The notes under the pieces: generated by a model
Database searches by the model: none
Told to the model about the DNA's origin: nothing
What the model saw: only the letters and a program-made list of their open reading frames with translations
Shown: positions 1 through 8,961 of the stretch, one piece after another
How the letters are laid out: each line of letters begins with the position of its first letter
Numbering within the stretch: position 1 is the first letter of the stretch
Source of the DNA: a bacterium
GTDB lineage: Bacteria; Patescibacteriota; Microgenomatia; Woykebacterales; RBG-16-39-9b
NCBI GenBank assembly: GCA_030704665.1
Contig: JAUYID010000009.1
Coordinates: 793,702 to 857,701 of the forward strand
Direction of reading: 5' to 3'
Length of the DNA: 64,000 nucleotides
Made by a program: the position numbers and the translations under genes

Positions 1-775
1 CCGGCTTGGGTGGTTTACCGTGCCAACGGTAGTCAAACTCTTCAAAATCAACCCCCTTGCCCGGAATAGTGTGAGCGATGATCATGACCGGTTTTTCGTA
101 AATCGCCTCGCCCATCCGAGCTGCGTCAATAATATCCTGCATATTGTGCCCATCAACCTCAATGACATGCCAATTGAAAGCAAAAAACTTCTCCGCCAAC
201 GGTTCTAGGGGCATGATCTCTTCTGTCATTCCGTCAATTTGAATGTTGTTGCGATCGACAATCGCGGTAAGATTGTTGATTTTGTTTTTTCCAGCAAAGA
301 GAATTGCTTCCCAGTTTTGTCCTTCGTCGAGCTCTCCATCACTCATCAAGTTGTAGACGAGGTATTTTTTGTTGTCCATTTTGGCCGCTAGTGCCATTCC
401 AATGGCTTGGGAAAGTCCTTGACCCAAAGGACCACCAGTGTTTTCAATACCTGGCAAAGAACCATAGTGGGGATGCCCCTGCAGGCGGGAATTTAACTTT
501 CTTAACGTTTTTAATTCTTCAATCGGAAAAAAACCACGGTGAGCAAGAGTCGCGTACCAAACCGGACAGATGTGACCATTGGAGAGAACAACACGGTCGC
601 GGTCAGGGTCATCCGGTTTGGACGGATCGATATTGAGGATTTCAAAGTAAAGGGCCGTAAAGACATCAGCCATTCCGAGCGGTCCAGCCGAGTGGCCCGA
701 ACCAGCCTCAACAAGCATTTTGATCAGCTCTTGTCTAATATCGTTCGCTTTGAGCTCAAGTTCTTGGACAGTCAT
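1..775 (-). CDS. tkt: transketolase, N-terminal (TPP-binding) subunit of a split transketolase; the 3' end runs off the window
   Basis: Minus-strand translation from the ATG at 775-773 begins MTVQELELKANDIRQELIKMLVEAGSGHSAGPLGMADVF and continues with the GHPHYGSLPGIENTGGPLGQGLS and DGELDEGQNWEA transketolase N-terminal motifs. The ORF is open to position 1. Confidence 0.85.
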   Translation of the reverse strand, partial: MTVQELELKANDIRQELIKMLVEAGSGHSAGPLGMADVFTALYFEILNIDPSKPDDPDRDRVVLSNGHICPVWYATLAHRGFFPIEELKTLRKLNSRLQGHPHYGSLPGIENTGGPLGQGLSQAIGMALAAKMDNKKYLVYNLMSDGELDEGQNWEAILFAGKNKINNLTAIVDRNNIQIDGMTEEIMPLEPLAEKFFAFNWHVIEVDGHNMQDIIDAARMGEAIYEKPVMIIAHTIPGKGVDFEEFDYRWHGKPPKP

Positions 776-798
776 TACATTTTTATTTTAGCAGTTAG

Positions 799-1224
799 CT
801 ACTGAACTATGATAGTTCCCTTTTGACTTGAATTCAAATGGTTGTGATAGCCCCAAGTTCCAGTTTTCGTCAGTGTGATAGTTTTTGTTTCACCCGGATT
901 GATACTTCCTACGTTCAACTCGTTGTTGCCGGTATGAATTGGGTGGGGGTCACTGTCTAACTCAATAGTTTCGGCGCTTTCGTTGACAATTGTAACCGTA
1001 TCTCCAGACTTAACTGTAATCTCTACTGGACTAAAGCTTCCCCCAACAAAGGCAATCGTGTTTCCGGCATTTTCGTTTTGGGTAGGGTTTTGAGTATTGT
1101 TTTGAGCAGAATTAGTGGTCGTGTCCCCATTCTCACTAGACTTTTTACCAGTTCCCTTCAAAAGAAAGAAACCTAGCAAAGCGACAACTGAAACCACCGC
1201 GACAGCAATTAGCAAATTCTTCAA
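799..1224 (-). CDS. membrane-anchored secreted protein, cupredoxin-like fold (no obvious Cys ligand)
   Basis: 141 aa with an N-terminal TM helix and an N/Q/T-rich linker. The C-terminal part (HPIHTGN...GTWGYHNH...GTIIVQ) resembles a cupredoxin beta-sandwich. Confidence 0.4.
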   Translation of the reverse strand: MKNLLIAVAVVSVVALLGFFLLKGTGKKSSENGDTTTNSAQNNTQNPTQNENAGNTIAFVGGSFSPVEITVKSGDTVTIVNESAETIELDSDPHPIHTGNNELNVGSINPGETKTITLTKTGTWGYHNHLNSSQKGTIIVQ

Positions 1225-1296
1225 AGAAATTCACCTCCTCGGCTCTTTAGAGATACAGTGTGAAATCATAATCCAGAAAGGGGGTTTTGTCAAAAA

Positions 1297-1980
1297 TTAA
1301 CCAGCAGTGTCAGGCACTACATCGGCAACATCATCGACAAGGGCTTGGTAGGCGTTGGCTACTCTCTGCTCATAAGTCTCGCCAGGAATCGCCTCGCCCG
1401 CAAAAATAAACGAGCCGCTAGCCAGAATGTTGGCTCCCGTCTCGGCTAGCTTTCGGGCAATTCCTGGTTGCACCGCTCCATCCACTTCAATAGTAATATC
1501 GTTTCTCATTTCTCGCAGTTTTCGAATCTTGTTTAACGACGTGTGAACAAAATGTTGTCCGGAAAACCCAGGATGAACTGAAAGAACCAGAACAGTATCA
1601 ACTTTATCTATAAGGTGCTGCATTTTTTCTGCTCCTGTTTCGGGATTAAGTGAAAAACCAATTTCAACTTGATGTTGGCGTAAATGATTGATGATTCCGA
1701 TCGGATCCCGTACGGATTCAAAAGGAACGACGATTCGGGTGGGTCTCAGTTTGATAAAAGGGTCGATCCAGTCTTCAAGAAATTCCACCATGAGTTGAAT
1801 TTCAAAACGCAACGGGGTTCTGATCGAAGCGATATCTTTGGGTTTGACAGTTTGGTTGCGGGCGAACTTGTTGTCAACGATGTCAATCTGCACTTCATCT
1901 ACCAATTTTTCGACTGCCTTTATTTTTCGTAAATAATCCTCGACACGTTTTGAAAGAATTGCCGGCAAAATCTGGATCAT
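1297..1980 (-). CDS. rpe: ribulose-phosphate 3-epimerase family protein (divergent metal-site residues)
   Basis: 227 aa with ILPAILS, SVHPGFSGQHF and IEVDGAV matching Rpe. However QIDIVDNKF and IQLMV replace the canonical HVDVMDGHF and DVHLMV motifs. Confidence 0.75.
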   Translation of the reverse strand: MIQILPAILSKRVEDYLRKIKAVEKLVDEVQIDIVDNKFARNQTVKPKDIASIRTPLRFEIQLMVEFLEDWIDPFIKLRPTRIVVPFESVRDPIGIINHLRQHQVEIGFSLNPETGAEKMQHLIDKVDTVLVLSVHPGFSGQHFVHTSLNKIRKLREMRNDITIEVDGAVQPGIARKLAETGANILASGSFIFAGEAIPGETYEQRVANAYQALVDDVADVVPDTAG

Positions 1981-2426
1981 TCTTTTTCCTCGATTTTTTC
2001 TATTTCCTCAAGTCGACGTTGGTGTCGACCGCCTTCAAAATCTTGTTTTAACCACTCCTCAACGATCTTCCTTGCCTCCTCCTCTTTGACGAAACCGGCC
2101 CCAATCGAAAGAACATTGGCATCGTTGTGCTCTCGGGAAAGTTTGACTACTTCGGGGTTCCCCCCGTAATAGACAACCGCCCGGATGTGGTCAACTTTGT
2201 TCGCCACCAAAGCTTCCCCTTCACCTGATTTACCAAAAATTATTCCCTTGGAGCCCGGGTTCTGAGCCACTTTTTCTGCAGCCGGGTAAATCAAATCAGG
2301 GTAATCATCCCCAGGGTTGAAACTCTCCGGACCGCAATCTTCAACTTCAAGATTTTTTGAGAGTAAATAATCTCGAATTTTGTTTTTCAGTTCAAACCCA
2401 GCGTGATCGCTGGCCAAATAAATCAT
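1977..2426 (-). CDS. rpiB: ribose-5-phosphate isomerase B
   Basis: 149 aa with LASDHAGFELK, GKSGEGEA, ANVLSIGAGFV and C-terminal EGGRHQRRLEEI, all typical of RpiB/LacAB. It overlaps rpe by 4 nt. Confidence 0.85.
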   Translation of the reverse strand: MIYLASDHAGFELKNKIRDYLLSKNLEVEDCGPESFNPGDDYPDLIYPAAEKVAQNPGSKGIIFGKSGEGEALVANKVDHIRAVVYYGGNPEVVKLSREHNDANVLSIGAGFVKEEEARKIVEEWLKQDFEGGRHQRRLEEIEKIEEKE

Positions 2427-2429
2427 CGT

Positions 2430-3554
2430 TTAGCTTTTTGGTAGTTGCTCATTTGAATTGTTTTCAGCGGGCGGTTGGGACTGGCTGACAGCCTCCGAAA
2501 CCGGGGGTTGAGCGCTAGCTTCTGCGCCAGCCCCAGAACCTGCTTGAGCAACATTGATTACCTGCTCAACCAGCCGGTGTGAGTAGCCCCATTCGTTGTC
2601 GTACCAAGCAAAAACTTTGACCATATCCCCATCAACAACTTGGGTCAGTGCAAGATCCACAATCGAACTCTCAGTTCGACCAATGATATCCGAAGAAACG
2701 ATTGGCTCATTGGTCACCGCCAAAATTCCTTTGTACTTTGCTTGAGTGGACGCTTCAGTTAGGGCTTGGTTGACTTGCTCAACAGTTACTTTAGTTTTTA
2801 AGAGGAAAGTAAAATCAGAAATTGACCCGACCGGGGTCGGAACCCGGATACTCATCCCATCAAACAAACCTTTGAGTTCTGGAATAGCTTCGGTTGTTGC
2901 AATCGCCGCTCCGGTTGTTGTCGGGGTAATATTTTCCGCCGCGGCCCGAGCTCGGCGCAAATCTTTGTGGGGGCCGTCTTGCAAATTCTGATCAGCGGTA
3001 TAGCTGTGGACCGTAGTCATCATTGCTTTCGCTATGCCAAATTTACTGTGGATAACGGCTGCCACCGGAGCAATACAGTTGGTGGTACAAGAAGCGTTGT
3101 TGATGATTTTTTCTTCCGGTCTGTAAGTCTCATCGTTAACCCCCATCAAATAGGTTCCAACCTTACCTCCTTTGGCCGGAGCAGAAATAACAACTTTTTT
3201 CGCTCCAGCTTTTAAGTGCTGAGCCGAACCTTCATAGTCGGTAAAGCGTCCAGTGGACTCGATGACGATATCAACCCCGAGGCTGGACCAAGGTAGTTTG
3301 GCTGGGTCTTTTTCTGCAAAAATTTCGTAGGCCCGCCCATCAACGATAATGTGCTTTTCATCGCTACCAATTTCGCGCCCGTATTGGCCATAGGCAGTAT
3401 CGTATTTGAGAAGATGGGACAAAGTCCTAGCATCGGTCAAATCATTGATGCCAACTACTTCTGCTTCTGAAGAATGTTCGTCGAGGATTATTTTAAAAGC
3501 GTTGCGGCCAATGCGACCGAAACCGTTGATTGCTACCTTGATCATACTAGGCAT
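2430..3554 (-). CDS. gap: glyceraldehyde-3-phosphate dehydrogenase with a low-complexity C-terminal extension
   Basis: KVAINGFGRIGR NAD-binding motif, the ASCTTNC active-site Cys motif and WYDNEWGYS near the C-terminus. There is an A/S/Q/P-rich tail of about 40 aa. Confidence 0.9.
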   Translation of the reverse strand: MPSMIKVAINGFGRIGRNAFKIILDEHSSEAEVVGINDLTDARTLSHLLKYDTAYGQYGREIGSDEKHIIVDGRAYEIFAEKDPAKLPWSSLGVDIVIESTGRFTDYEGSAQHLKAGAKKVVISAPAKGGKVGTYLMGVNDETYRPEEKIINNASCTTNCIAPVAAVIHSKFGIAKAMMTTVHSYTADQNLQDGPHKDLRRARAAAENITPTTTGAAIATTEAIPELKGLFDGMSIRVPTPVGSISDFTFLLKTKVTVEQVNQALTEASTQAKYKGILAVTNEPIVSSDIIGRTESSIVDLALTQVVDGDMVKVFAWYDNEWGYSHRLVEQVINVAQAGSGAGAEASAQPPVSEAVSQSQPPAENNSNEQLPKS

Positions 3555-3648
3555 GCTCCTTTTCGCCTCAATTCGCTGATACTTGTCGCGACGAGGCAGG
3601 TATCTATTTTAATCTGGCTTTGTTTTATTATACACTCGGAAAACCCTT

Positions 3649-4014
3649 CTAACCAGCCTCTTGTAGAACGTGGTTAATTAACCCCGGCAACCCCCTTGCC
3701 AGGGAATAATAGACCACTTTTTTCTTTCTTTTGGCACTCACCAAGTTGTAGTCTTTTAACAATCTTAATTGATGGGAAACCGCCGAAATATTTAGTCTGA
3801 CCACGTCTGCCAGATCTCCAACACAGAGCGAGTCTTTTTTCCAGAGCACCAAAAGAAGTTGCAGCCTAGTTTCTGAATTTAGTAAATTGATCCACTCTGC
3901 AGATTCTTTAATTTTTGAACTGAAAATTTCCTTTTGCAAACTTTGGAGGGTAGAGGGGGGAGAGCTATGGGGCTTCGTTCCAAAAGTCCGGGCGGGTTTA
4001 ACAATTTTTCTCAT
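3649..4014 (-). CDS. ArsR/SmtB-family winged-helix transcriptional regulator
   Basis: 121 aa. The segment LLLVLWKKDSLCVGDLADVVRLNISAVSHQLRLLKDYNLV matches an ArsR HTH. Confidence 0.6.
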   Translation of the reverse strand: MRKIVKPARTFGTKPHSSPPSTLQSLQKEIFSSKIKESAEWINLLNSETRLQLLLVLWKKDSLCVGDLADVVRLNISAVSHQLRLLKDYNLVSAKRKKKVVYYSLARGLPGLINHVLQEAG

Positions 4015-4103
4015 CTTTAATTATTATAGTTGAATGTTTATTCAAATGACAGTGGGGAAGAGTGCTAAGTTAAAGTTTTTTTAATAGTGAATTTAATTTG
4101 TGT

Positions 4104-5033
4104 TTAACCGACAGGAACTACCTTGACTCCAACCAAGTCGGGGAAGCTCTTCGTGCGCCAGTCCAAATCCCCAACCCCCTCACCTTTTATCCCACTGCTT
4201 GGTTGGGTCGGATCCTTGCGCAGCTGTTCCAACCCAACTTCTGCCGCCACGCTCTCTATATCAACAGTAGTTGGGACCACGAGTCGATATTCTTCCTTAC
4301 CCTCCGGGTTGAACAAGGCCAGTTCAATCTTTCCATCTGTCTGGCTGAATTTGGCATCAATTCTCAAGCCGTTCAGGGTGTAGCTTTTTCCTTCCCCAAG
4401 ATCAGCTAAAAATTCTTCCAGGCTTCCAAACAAACCGCCTTTTGGGTCCTGGTCAATCAGTGCAAGATCACCCGTTCCACCCATCACAAAGGGTTGTAGG
4501 TAATCTAGCTTTCCGTTCGGTGCGTATTCAAAGTAAAGTTGGCTGCCCCACTCCCCCGCTGGCGCACCAGGAGAAGCGGCTTCTCCTTTTATATTATGCA
4601 AACCATAGTTTAATCTAAATCCCCCATTTTCCTCGAGAAATTCCAAAGTTTCAAACTCTTGCTTTGAAGCAAATCCATATCTACCCAAGACTGCTCGACC
4701 GTATTTAGTAAAAGAATAATTTTTTCCATCGTTATTTTCTTCCGAGCGAAACCAACTGGTTAACGTAAAACCAATTCTATCGTTTTCAGTCCTGACTGCC
4801 TGGTAATAACGCCGACTAGCTGCGTAAGTTCCTTCGACACTGGTATCATCAAGAGCAACAAAAAGGTTTTCTTTTTCTAGAGCTTTAACTTTAAAGTTCT
4901 CATCTACTGGCGCTATTACATTCTGAACATAGGTTTCAAATTTATCTTCAATTTCGGTTTTCCCCTTGTCTTCTTTGTTTCCGGCTTGGGAGATACCCAT
5001 TTCCTCAGGACTTGGTCCGTCAAGTTCGCTCAT
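4104..5033 (-). CDS. hypothetical protein (N-terminal GPSPEEMG motif)
   Basis: 309-aa ORF with no recognisable domain. Its N-terminus MSELDGPSPEEMGIS shares an 8-aa motif with the ORF at 51800. Confidence 0.5.
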   Translation of the reverse strand: MSELDGPSPEEMGISQAGNKEDKGKTEIEDKFETYVQNVIAPVDENFKVKALEKENLFVALDDTSVEGTYAASRRYYQAVRTENDRIGFTLTSWFRSEENNDGKNYSFTKYGRAVLGRYGFASKQEFETLEFLEENGGFRLNYGLHNIKGEAASPGAPAGEWGSQLYFEYAPNGKLDYLQPFVMGGTGDLALIDQDPKGGLFGSLEEFLADLGEGKSYTLNGLRIDAKFSQTDGKIELALFNPEGKEEYRLVVPTTVDIESVAAEVGLEQLRKDPTQPSSGIKGEGVGDLDWRTKSFPDLVGVKVVPVG

Positions 5034-5066
5034 AGTTTTAACTATACCCTAAGTTTAGAATTTTAA

Positions 5067-6182
5067 TCAAAAAGACACCGGGGCAAGGAAAAGAACCTGC
5101 TGCAATCTTTCCAGAGCAATGATATTGGAGCCAAACTCAACGTTTTGCCCGACCAGATTGTAAAAATTGTTTGAGTCGCTGCCTGCTTTTCCTCCGAGAA
5201 TGTCTTGCAAAATTTCCAAGCTAGAAGCTCTTGACACTACCTTTTCTGGCTCTACAAAATCCGGTTTTTGATTTATTTTGTCCAGATCCATTTGGAAACT
5301 TAGCTGAACTCTTTGCTTTGGGTCCTTAAAAAATGGATTCACTCCCAAATCGTTTAGAACTTTGACCGGAATCTCGGACCGAAAACTAGCTGAGACCAAA
5401 AAGCCGCTCTTTTCCTCAACGACCAAAACCAAGTGGCTGTTTTTGGCCTCGATTTTAGCAGAAAAAAACTCATCGACTGTTTCCGGACGTAAGTCTGTTG
5501 AAAATTGGAGGTAGTTTTGACCATCCTTTCTGACGACTTCTCTCTTTAACGAGCGAAAACGAAGCTCAGAACTTTTTAGTCCCTCCTGAAGAAATCTTTT
5601 TACCTCTTTTCTTAGCTCCTCGTCGCTTTTTACTTCAGCTTGCAGACTGCTCGCCAAATCGTCCACGTCAAGGGCATACCAACGGCCATAAATCCTAGCA
5701 AGATCCAAACCAAAAAGGGGTTGGAAAAAATCAACCTTGAAAAAAAGTTTACTTTCTTTTTCCAAACTTTCCAAATTGATCAACTTGATTCCTTCTTTTG
5801 GACCCGCAGTTCCGACAAGCCTTGCTTGATATGTTTTCTCCTGACTTTTGTCAAACGCTCCCTCGAAGTTTAAATGCAGGGCTGTCTGGCCGTTTTGTGA
5901 GAGCACCAAGTCTACGTTTTCTCGAGCTGAAGTCAGTTTGGAGTTTTTGTAAAAGGCAGTTTTCAAAACTTGGTTATTGGTTTTGGGTATTAGTGGAAGA
6001 GATCCGAGAGCGACATCTACTCGATTCACCAATCCTTCCGAAACAAACCAAGGCCGCAGCTCACTGTAACTGACAAAAAGCAAAAAAGTAACTATTCCCG
6101 CAACTACTAGCAAAGCTATTTTTACTACTTTTCCTGATTTTAACTTTGACTTTGGAAGTATTTCTTCTTTTTTCTTAGACAT
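5067..6182 (-). CDS. hypothetical membrane-anchored protein
   Basis: 371 aa with a Lys-rich N-terminus followed by one TM helix. The remainder is predicted extracytoplasmic. Confidence 0.5.
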   Translation of the reverse strand: MSKKKEEILPKSKLKSGKVVKIALLVVAGIVTFLLFVSYSELRPWFVSEGLVNRVDVALGSLPLIPKTNNQVLKTAFYKNSKLTSARENVDLVLSQNGQTALHLNFEGAFDKSQEKTYQARLVGTAGPKEGIKLINLESLEKESKLFFKVDFFQPLFGLDLARIYGRWYALDVDDLASSLQAEVKSDEELRKEVKRFLQEGLKSSELRFRSLKREVVRKDGQNYLQFSTDLRPETVDEFFSAKIEAKNSHLVLVVEEKSGFLVSASFRSEIPVKVLNDLGVNPFFKDPKQRVQLSFQMDLDKINQKPDFVEPEKVVSRASSLEILQDILGGKAGSDSNNFYNLVGQNVEFGSNIIALERLQQVLFLAPVSF

Positions 6183-6183
6183 T

Positions 6184-6750
6184 TTAATGTAAGGGCTCCA
6201 AGCGCAGAAATTGCAAAACTTTTAGTAACGTCTTTGTCAAAAGATTCACCGCCTCAACTCGGGCGATCACCAGAGTAAAGACAGCTCCAATCAAGGCTCC
6301 GGCCAAAACATCACTTGGGTAGTGCACTCCAACAATTACTCTTGCTAAGGAGTAAGTCAGGGCCAAAAGTAGGCTCAGGGAGCCCAAACGCTTGTTGGTA
6401 AGCCAGATAGCTGTAGCGAGAGCAAAAGCAACTGCGGATGCGTTGGAAGGAAAAGAGGAATCGGTTGGTTTGTAGTAAAGTAAGTGAGTTGGGATTTCGA
6501 GAAAGGGACGAGCGCGAAAGTAGTTCAAGTTAATTATTTTTATCAGCAAATTACTTCCCCCAACTGCAAGCGTGGCCACCAACGCTAAATTTTTCTCTTT
6601 TTTTTCTCCTAACAGCCAGAGATAAAAAAGGGTTAGAGCTAGAGAGACCGGAACAAAGTATTCATTGACCAAGAAGCGTAAAACTGGCTGTAAAACAGCT
6701 AGCTCTGAAAAAGAATTCAAAAACGAAAAAACTTCTTTGTCTAAAGCCAT
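6184..6750 (-). CDS. PAP2-family (phosphatidic acid phosphatase type 2 / undecaprenyl-diphosphatase-like) membrane phosphatase
   Basis: 188 aa, multi-TM. It carries the PAP2 signature SFPSNAS ... GVHYPSDV. Confidence 0.7.
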   Translation of the reverse strand: MALDKEVFSFLNSFSELAVLQPVLRFLVNEYFVPVSLALTLFYLWLLGEKKEKNLALVATLAVGGSNLLIKIINLNYFRARPFLEIPTHLLYYKPTDSSFPSNASAVAFALATAIWLTNKRLGSLSLLLALTYSLARVIVGVHYPSDVLAGALIGAVFTLVIARVEAVNLLTKTLLKVLQFLRLEPLH

Positions 6751-7040
6751 TTTCTTTTTAGCCTCCCCAAAATCAAGCTAGTAAACAAAGAGGTCAGCGC
6801 GCCAAGACCAAAAATAAAGAAGAGCTGGGCACCTTCAACGACCGTGTGAACATTCCTGTCTTTGGAAAAGAAAAACCAAAAGTAAGTAGCAGCGAGAAGA
6901 ATTGTTCCCAATTTTAGGGCCAGCCCCTCTGACAAAAAACTAAATCTTGCCTTTGGTAGACAAGCGGCAGCGAGAAGAATCACCCCAAGGCCGGAAAAGA
7001 AGCTAAAAAGAAAGTAATCAATGACAAAAATCTGGTCCAT
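6741..7040 (-). CDS. small hypothetical membrane protein
   Basis: 99 aa with 3 predicted TM helices. It overlaps the PAP2 gene by 10 nt. Confidence 0.35.
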   Translation of the reverse strand: MDQIFVIDYFLFSFFSGLGVILLAAACLPKARFSFLSEGLALKLGTILLAATYFWFFFSKDRNVHTVVEGAQLFFIFGLGALTSLFTSLILGRLKRKWL

Positions 7041-7060
7041 TTTTTGGAGTTTACTTTAAA

Positions 7061-7288
7061 TTAACTGCCTTGTGAAGTTGAAGAACCTTTTCTTCCCCAA
7101 GCAATTTGGTTCCAAACTCTTTCGTGAACGAAATACAGGGCGAAGCCGAGAACAAGTTTGGCAACGGCAAACTTCGAAGCAAAATCAAACTCTCTAGTGA
7201 TAAGGTAAGCCAGAGAAAAGTCGGTCAAAAAGATGATGCTTCGCCAAGAAACGGATTTTAAAATGGAACGGGTCGAGGTTTCGTGCAT
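7061..7288 (-). CDS. DUF2061-like small membrane protein
   Basis: 75 aa. SWRSIIFLTDFSLAYLITREFDFAS ... YFVHERVWNQIAWG resembles the DUF2061 pattern. Confidence 0.45.
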   Translation of the reverse strand: MHETSTRSILKSVSWRSIIFLTDFSLAYLITREFDFASKFAVAKLVLGFALYFVHERVWNQIAWGRKGSSTSQGS

Positions 7289-7290
7289 AA

Positions 7291-8919
7291 TCAGCGGTTA
7301 ACTTGTTCTTTGTCGGCAACTAAGTGCTTCATTGAGTACTCGTCGCGCAAAAGCTTTTTTAATTGTTCCAAGCTGACACCGGTTTTTTTGCCTGGGTTTA
7401 AGATTCCATGAGGATCAAAGATTTTTTTGACACGCTCAAAAAGTCGGTACATTTCTTCTCCGTACAATTCTTTCAACCAGGGTGAGCGCATCAAGCCATC
7501 ATTGTGTTCACCCGAAGTCGTCCCACCCAATTCAATCACCATTTTGTAAAAATCATCCGTCAGATCAAAAATTTTCTTTCGATCTTTTTCACTACTCAAA
7601 TTCATAAAAGGTTGCATATGGAGATCGGCATCTCCGGCGTGTCCCCAAACTGCAATTTGCAGGTCGTATTTTTTAAAGAGTTCGTAGGCTTTCTCAAAAA
7701 AATCAGGTAGCAAGGCGGCATTGACCGTGCCGTCTTCTATAATAGGTAGGGCTTTCGCTACCCCCGGTATTGTCCACATCACTGCCGCAGCACTTCTGCG
7801 CAGTTTCCAGAGTCTAGCTTGATCCTCCGGTTTTTCTTTTTCGACCCAGTGATAGGTGTGTTTTTCCAAAATAGTTTTCGCCGCTTTGACTTTTTTCTTG
7901 ATCAGCCCAGGCTCCGGATCATCAAATTCGGCGAGCAGGACAATCGAGGGTAGTTCAGCCGGAACTAGACCAACTAATAAATCAGGATTCTGTTCGTTGA
8001 CAAGCATGATCAAGTTTTTGTCGACGATCTCAAGAGCACTTGGTTTGAGGTGGAGCAGTTTCAGGGTTGCGGCCCCAGCTTCATGAATGTCGCGAAAGTA
8101 ACCAACCAAAAGAGCCACTTTTTGAGGCACTGGAGCAGTCTTTAAAGTGATTTCGGTGATAATACCCAGCGTTCCTTGCGAGCCGGTGAGCAGTTGCCCG
8201 AGATCAAAACGGTTGTAGCGGTCAACCTCAGCAAGAGCATAGCCAGTAGAATTTTTGCTGACATGTGGACGGGTCTCCTTGATCAATTCCCAGTTGTGAA
8301 CAAGCAGATCGTCGAGCGCTCGATAGATATCTCCTTCAAAATTTTCTTGCCTTTTTTTGGCTCCAACCTCATAGCCATTTAAAGGAGCAGTTTGAACCAA
8401 CTCCCCGTTGGCCAAAACAACTTTGAGTGATTCAACATATTTTCTGGTCGCACCGTACTTGACTGTCTTTTCCCCAGCCGAGTTGTTCGCTACTGCCCCA
8501 CCAACCGTACAGAGCTCAATTGAGGCTGGGTAGGGTGGTAAATAACGGCCAAGTTTTTTCAAACCCGCTTGAAGTTCTCCATAGCGCACTCCCGGCTCGA
8601 CTCGAACAAAATCAGGACCCACTTCAAGGATGTGATTCATGTAACGGGTCGTATCAAGAATGGCCCCGTCGTTGAGTGGGCCTCCGGCTTGATCAGTACC
8701 TTTACCTCTAGGGGTAACAGAAATTTTGTGCCCTGCCCTCGCCAGCTCATTGACATAGCGAACTAAGTTTTGGATGTCCAGGGTGTCTTTCGGGTAAACG
8801 ACTACTTCTGGTTTGATCTGAAAAATACTTCCGTCAGTGGAATAGTAGTCTAAAATATCGTGGGAGTGCTCGACATCGCCTTTGAGGATATCTTTCAGTT
8901 TTTCGAGGTAGGCAGTCAT
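7291..8919 (-). CDS. FAD-binding oxidoreductase (GlcD / D-lactate dehydrogenase-like FAD-linked oxidase)
   Basis: 542 aa with an FAD-binding PCMH-type N-terminus (PRGKGTDQAGGPLNDGAILDT) and a C-terminal FAD-oxidase_C region. Confidence 0.75.
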   Translation of the reverse strand: MTAYLEKLKDILKGDVEHSHDILDYYSTDGSIFQIKPEVVVYPKDTLDIQNLVRYVNELARAGHKISVTPRGKGTDQAGGPLNDGAILDTTRYMNHILEVGPDFVRVEPGVRYGELQAGLKKLGRYLPPYPASIELCTVGGAVANNSAGEKTVKYGATRKYVESLKVVLANGELVQTAPLNGYEVGAKKRQENFEGDIYRALDDLLVHNWELIKETRPHVSKNSTGYALAEVDRYNRFDLGQLLTGSQGTLGIITEITLKTAPVPQKVALLVGYFRDIHEAGAATLKLLHLKPSALEIVDKNLIMLVNEQNPDLLVGLVPAELPSIVLLAEFDDPEPGLIKKKVKAAKTILEKHTYHWVEKEKPEDQARLWKLRRSAAAVMWTIPGVAKALPIIEDGTVNAALLPDFFEKAYELFKKYDLQIAVWGHAGDADLHMQPFMNLSSEKDRKKIFDLTDDFYKMVIELGGTTSGEHNDGLMRSPWLKELYGEEMYRLFERVKKIFDPHGILNPGKKTGVSLEQLKKLLRDEYSMKHLVADKEQVNR

Positions 8920-8961
8920 CTGATTTTAGTATAGCAGTAGCGGTCAGGCAGCTGCAACGCT

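Noticed and set aside
304-805. Plus-strand ORFs 304-636 and 539-805 and minus ORF 511-714 overlapping the transketolase region
   Set aside because: The transketolase reading frame on the minus strand explains the whole region with canonical motifs. These ORFs are antisense or out-of-frame artefacts.
2746-3433. Short ORFs inside gap on both strands (2746-2991, 2967-3215, 3212-3433)
   Set aside because: They lie entirely within the well-supported GAPDH CDS and have no features of their own.
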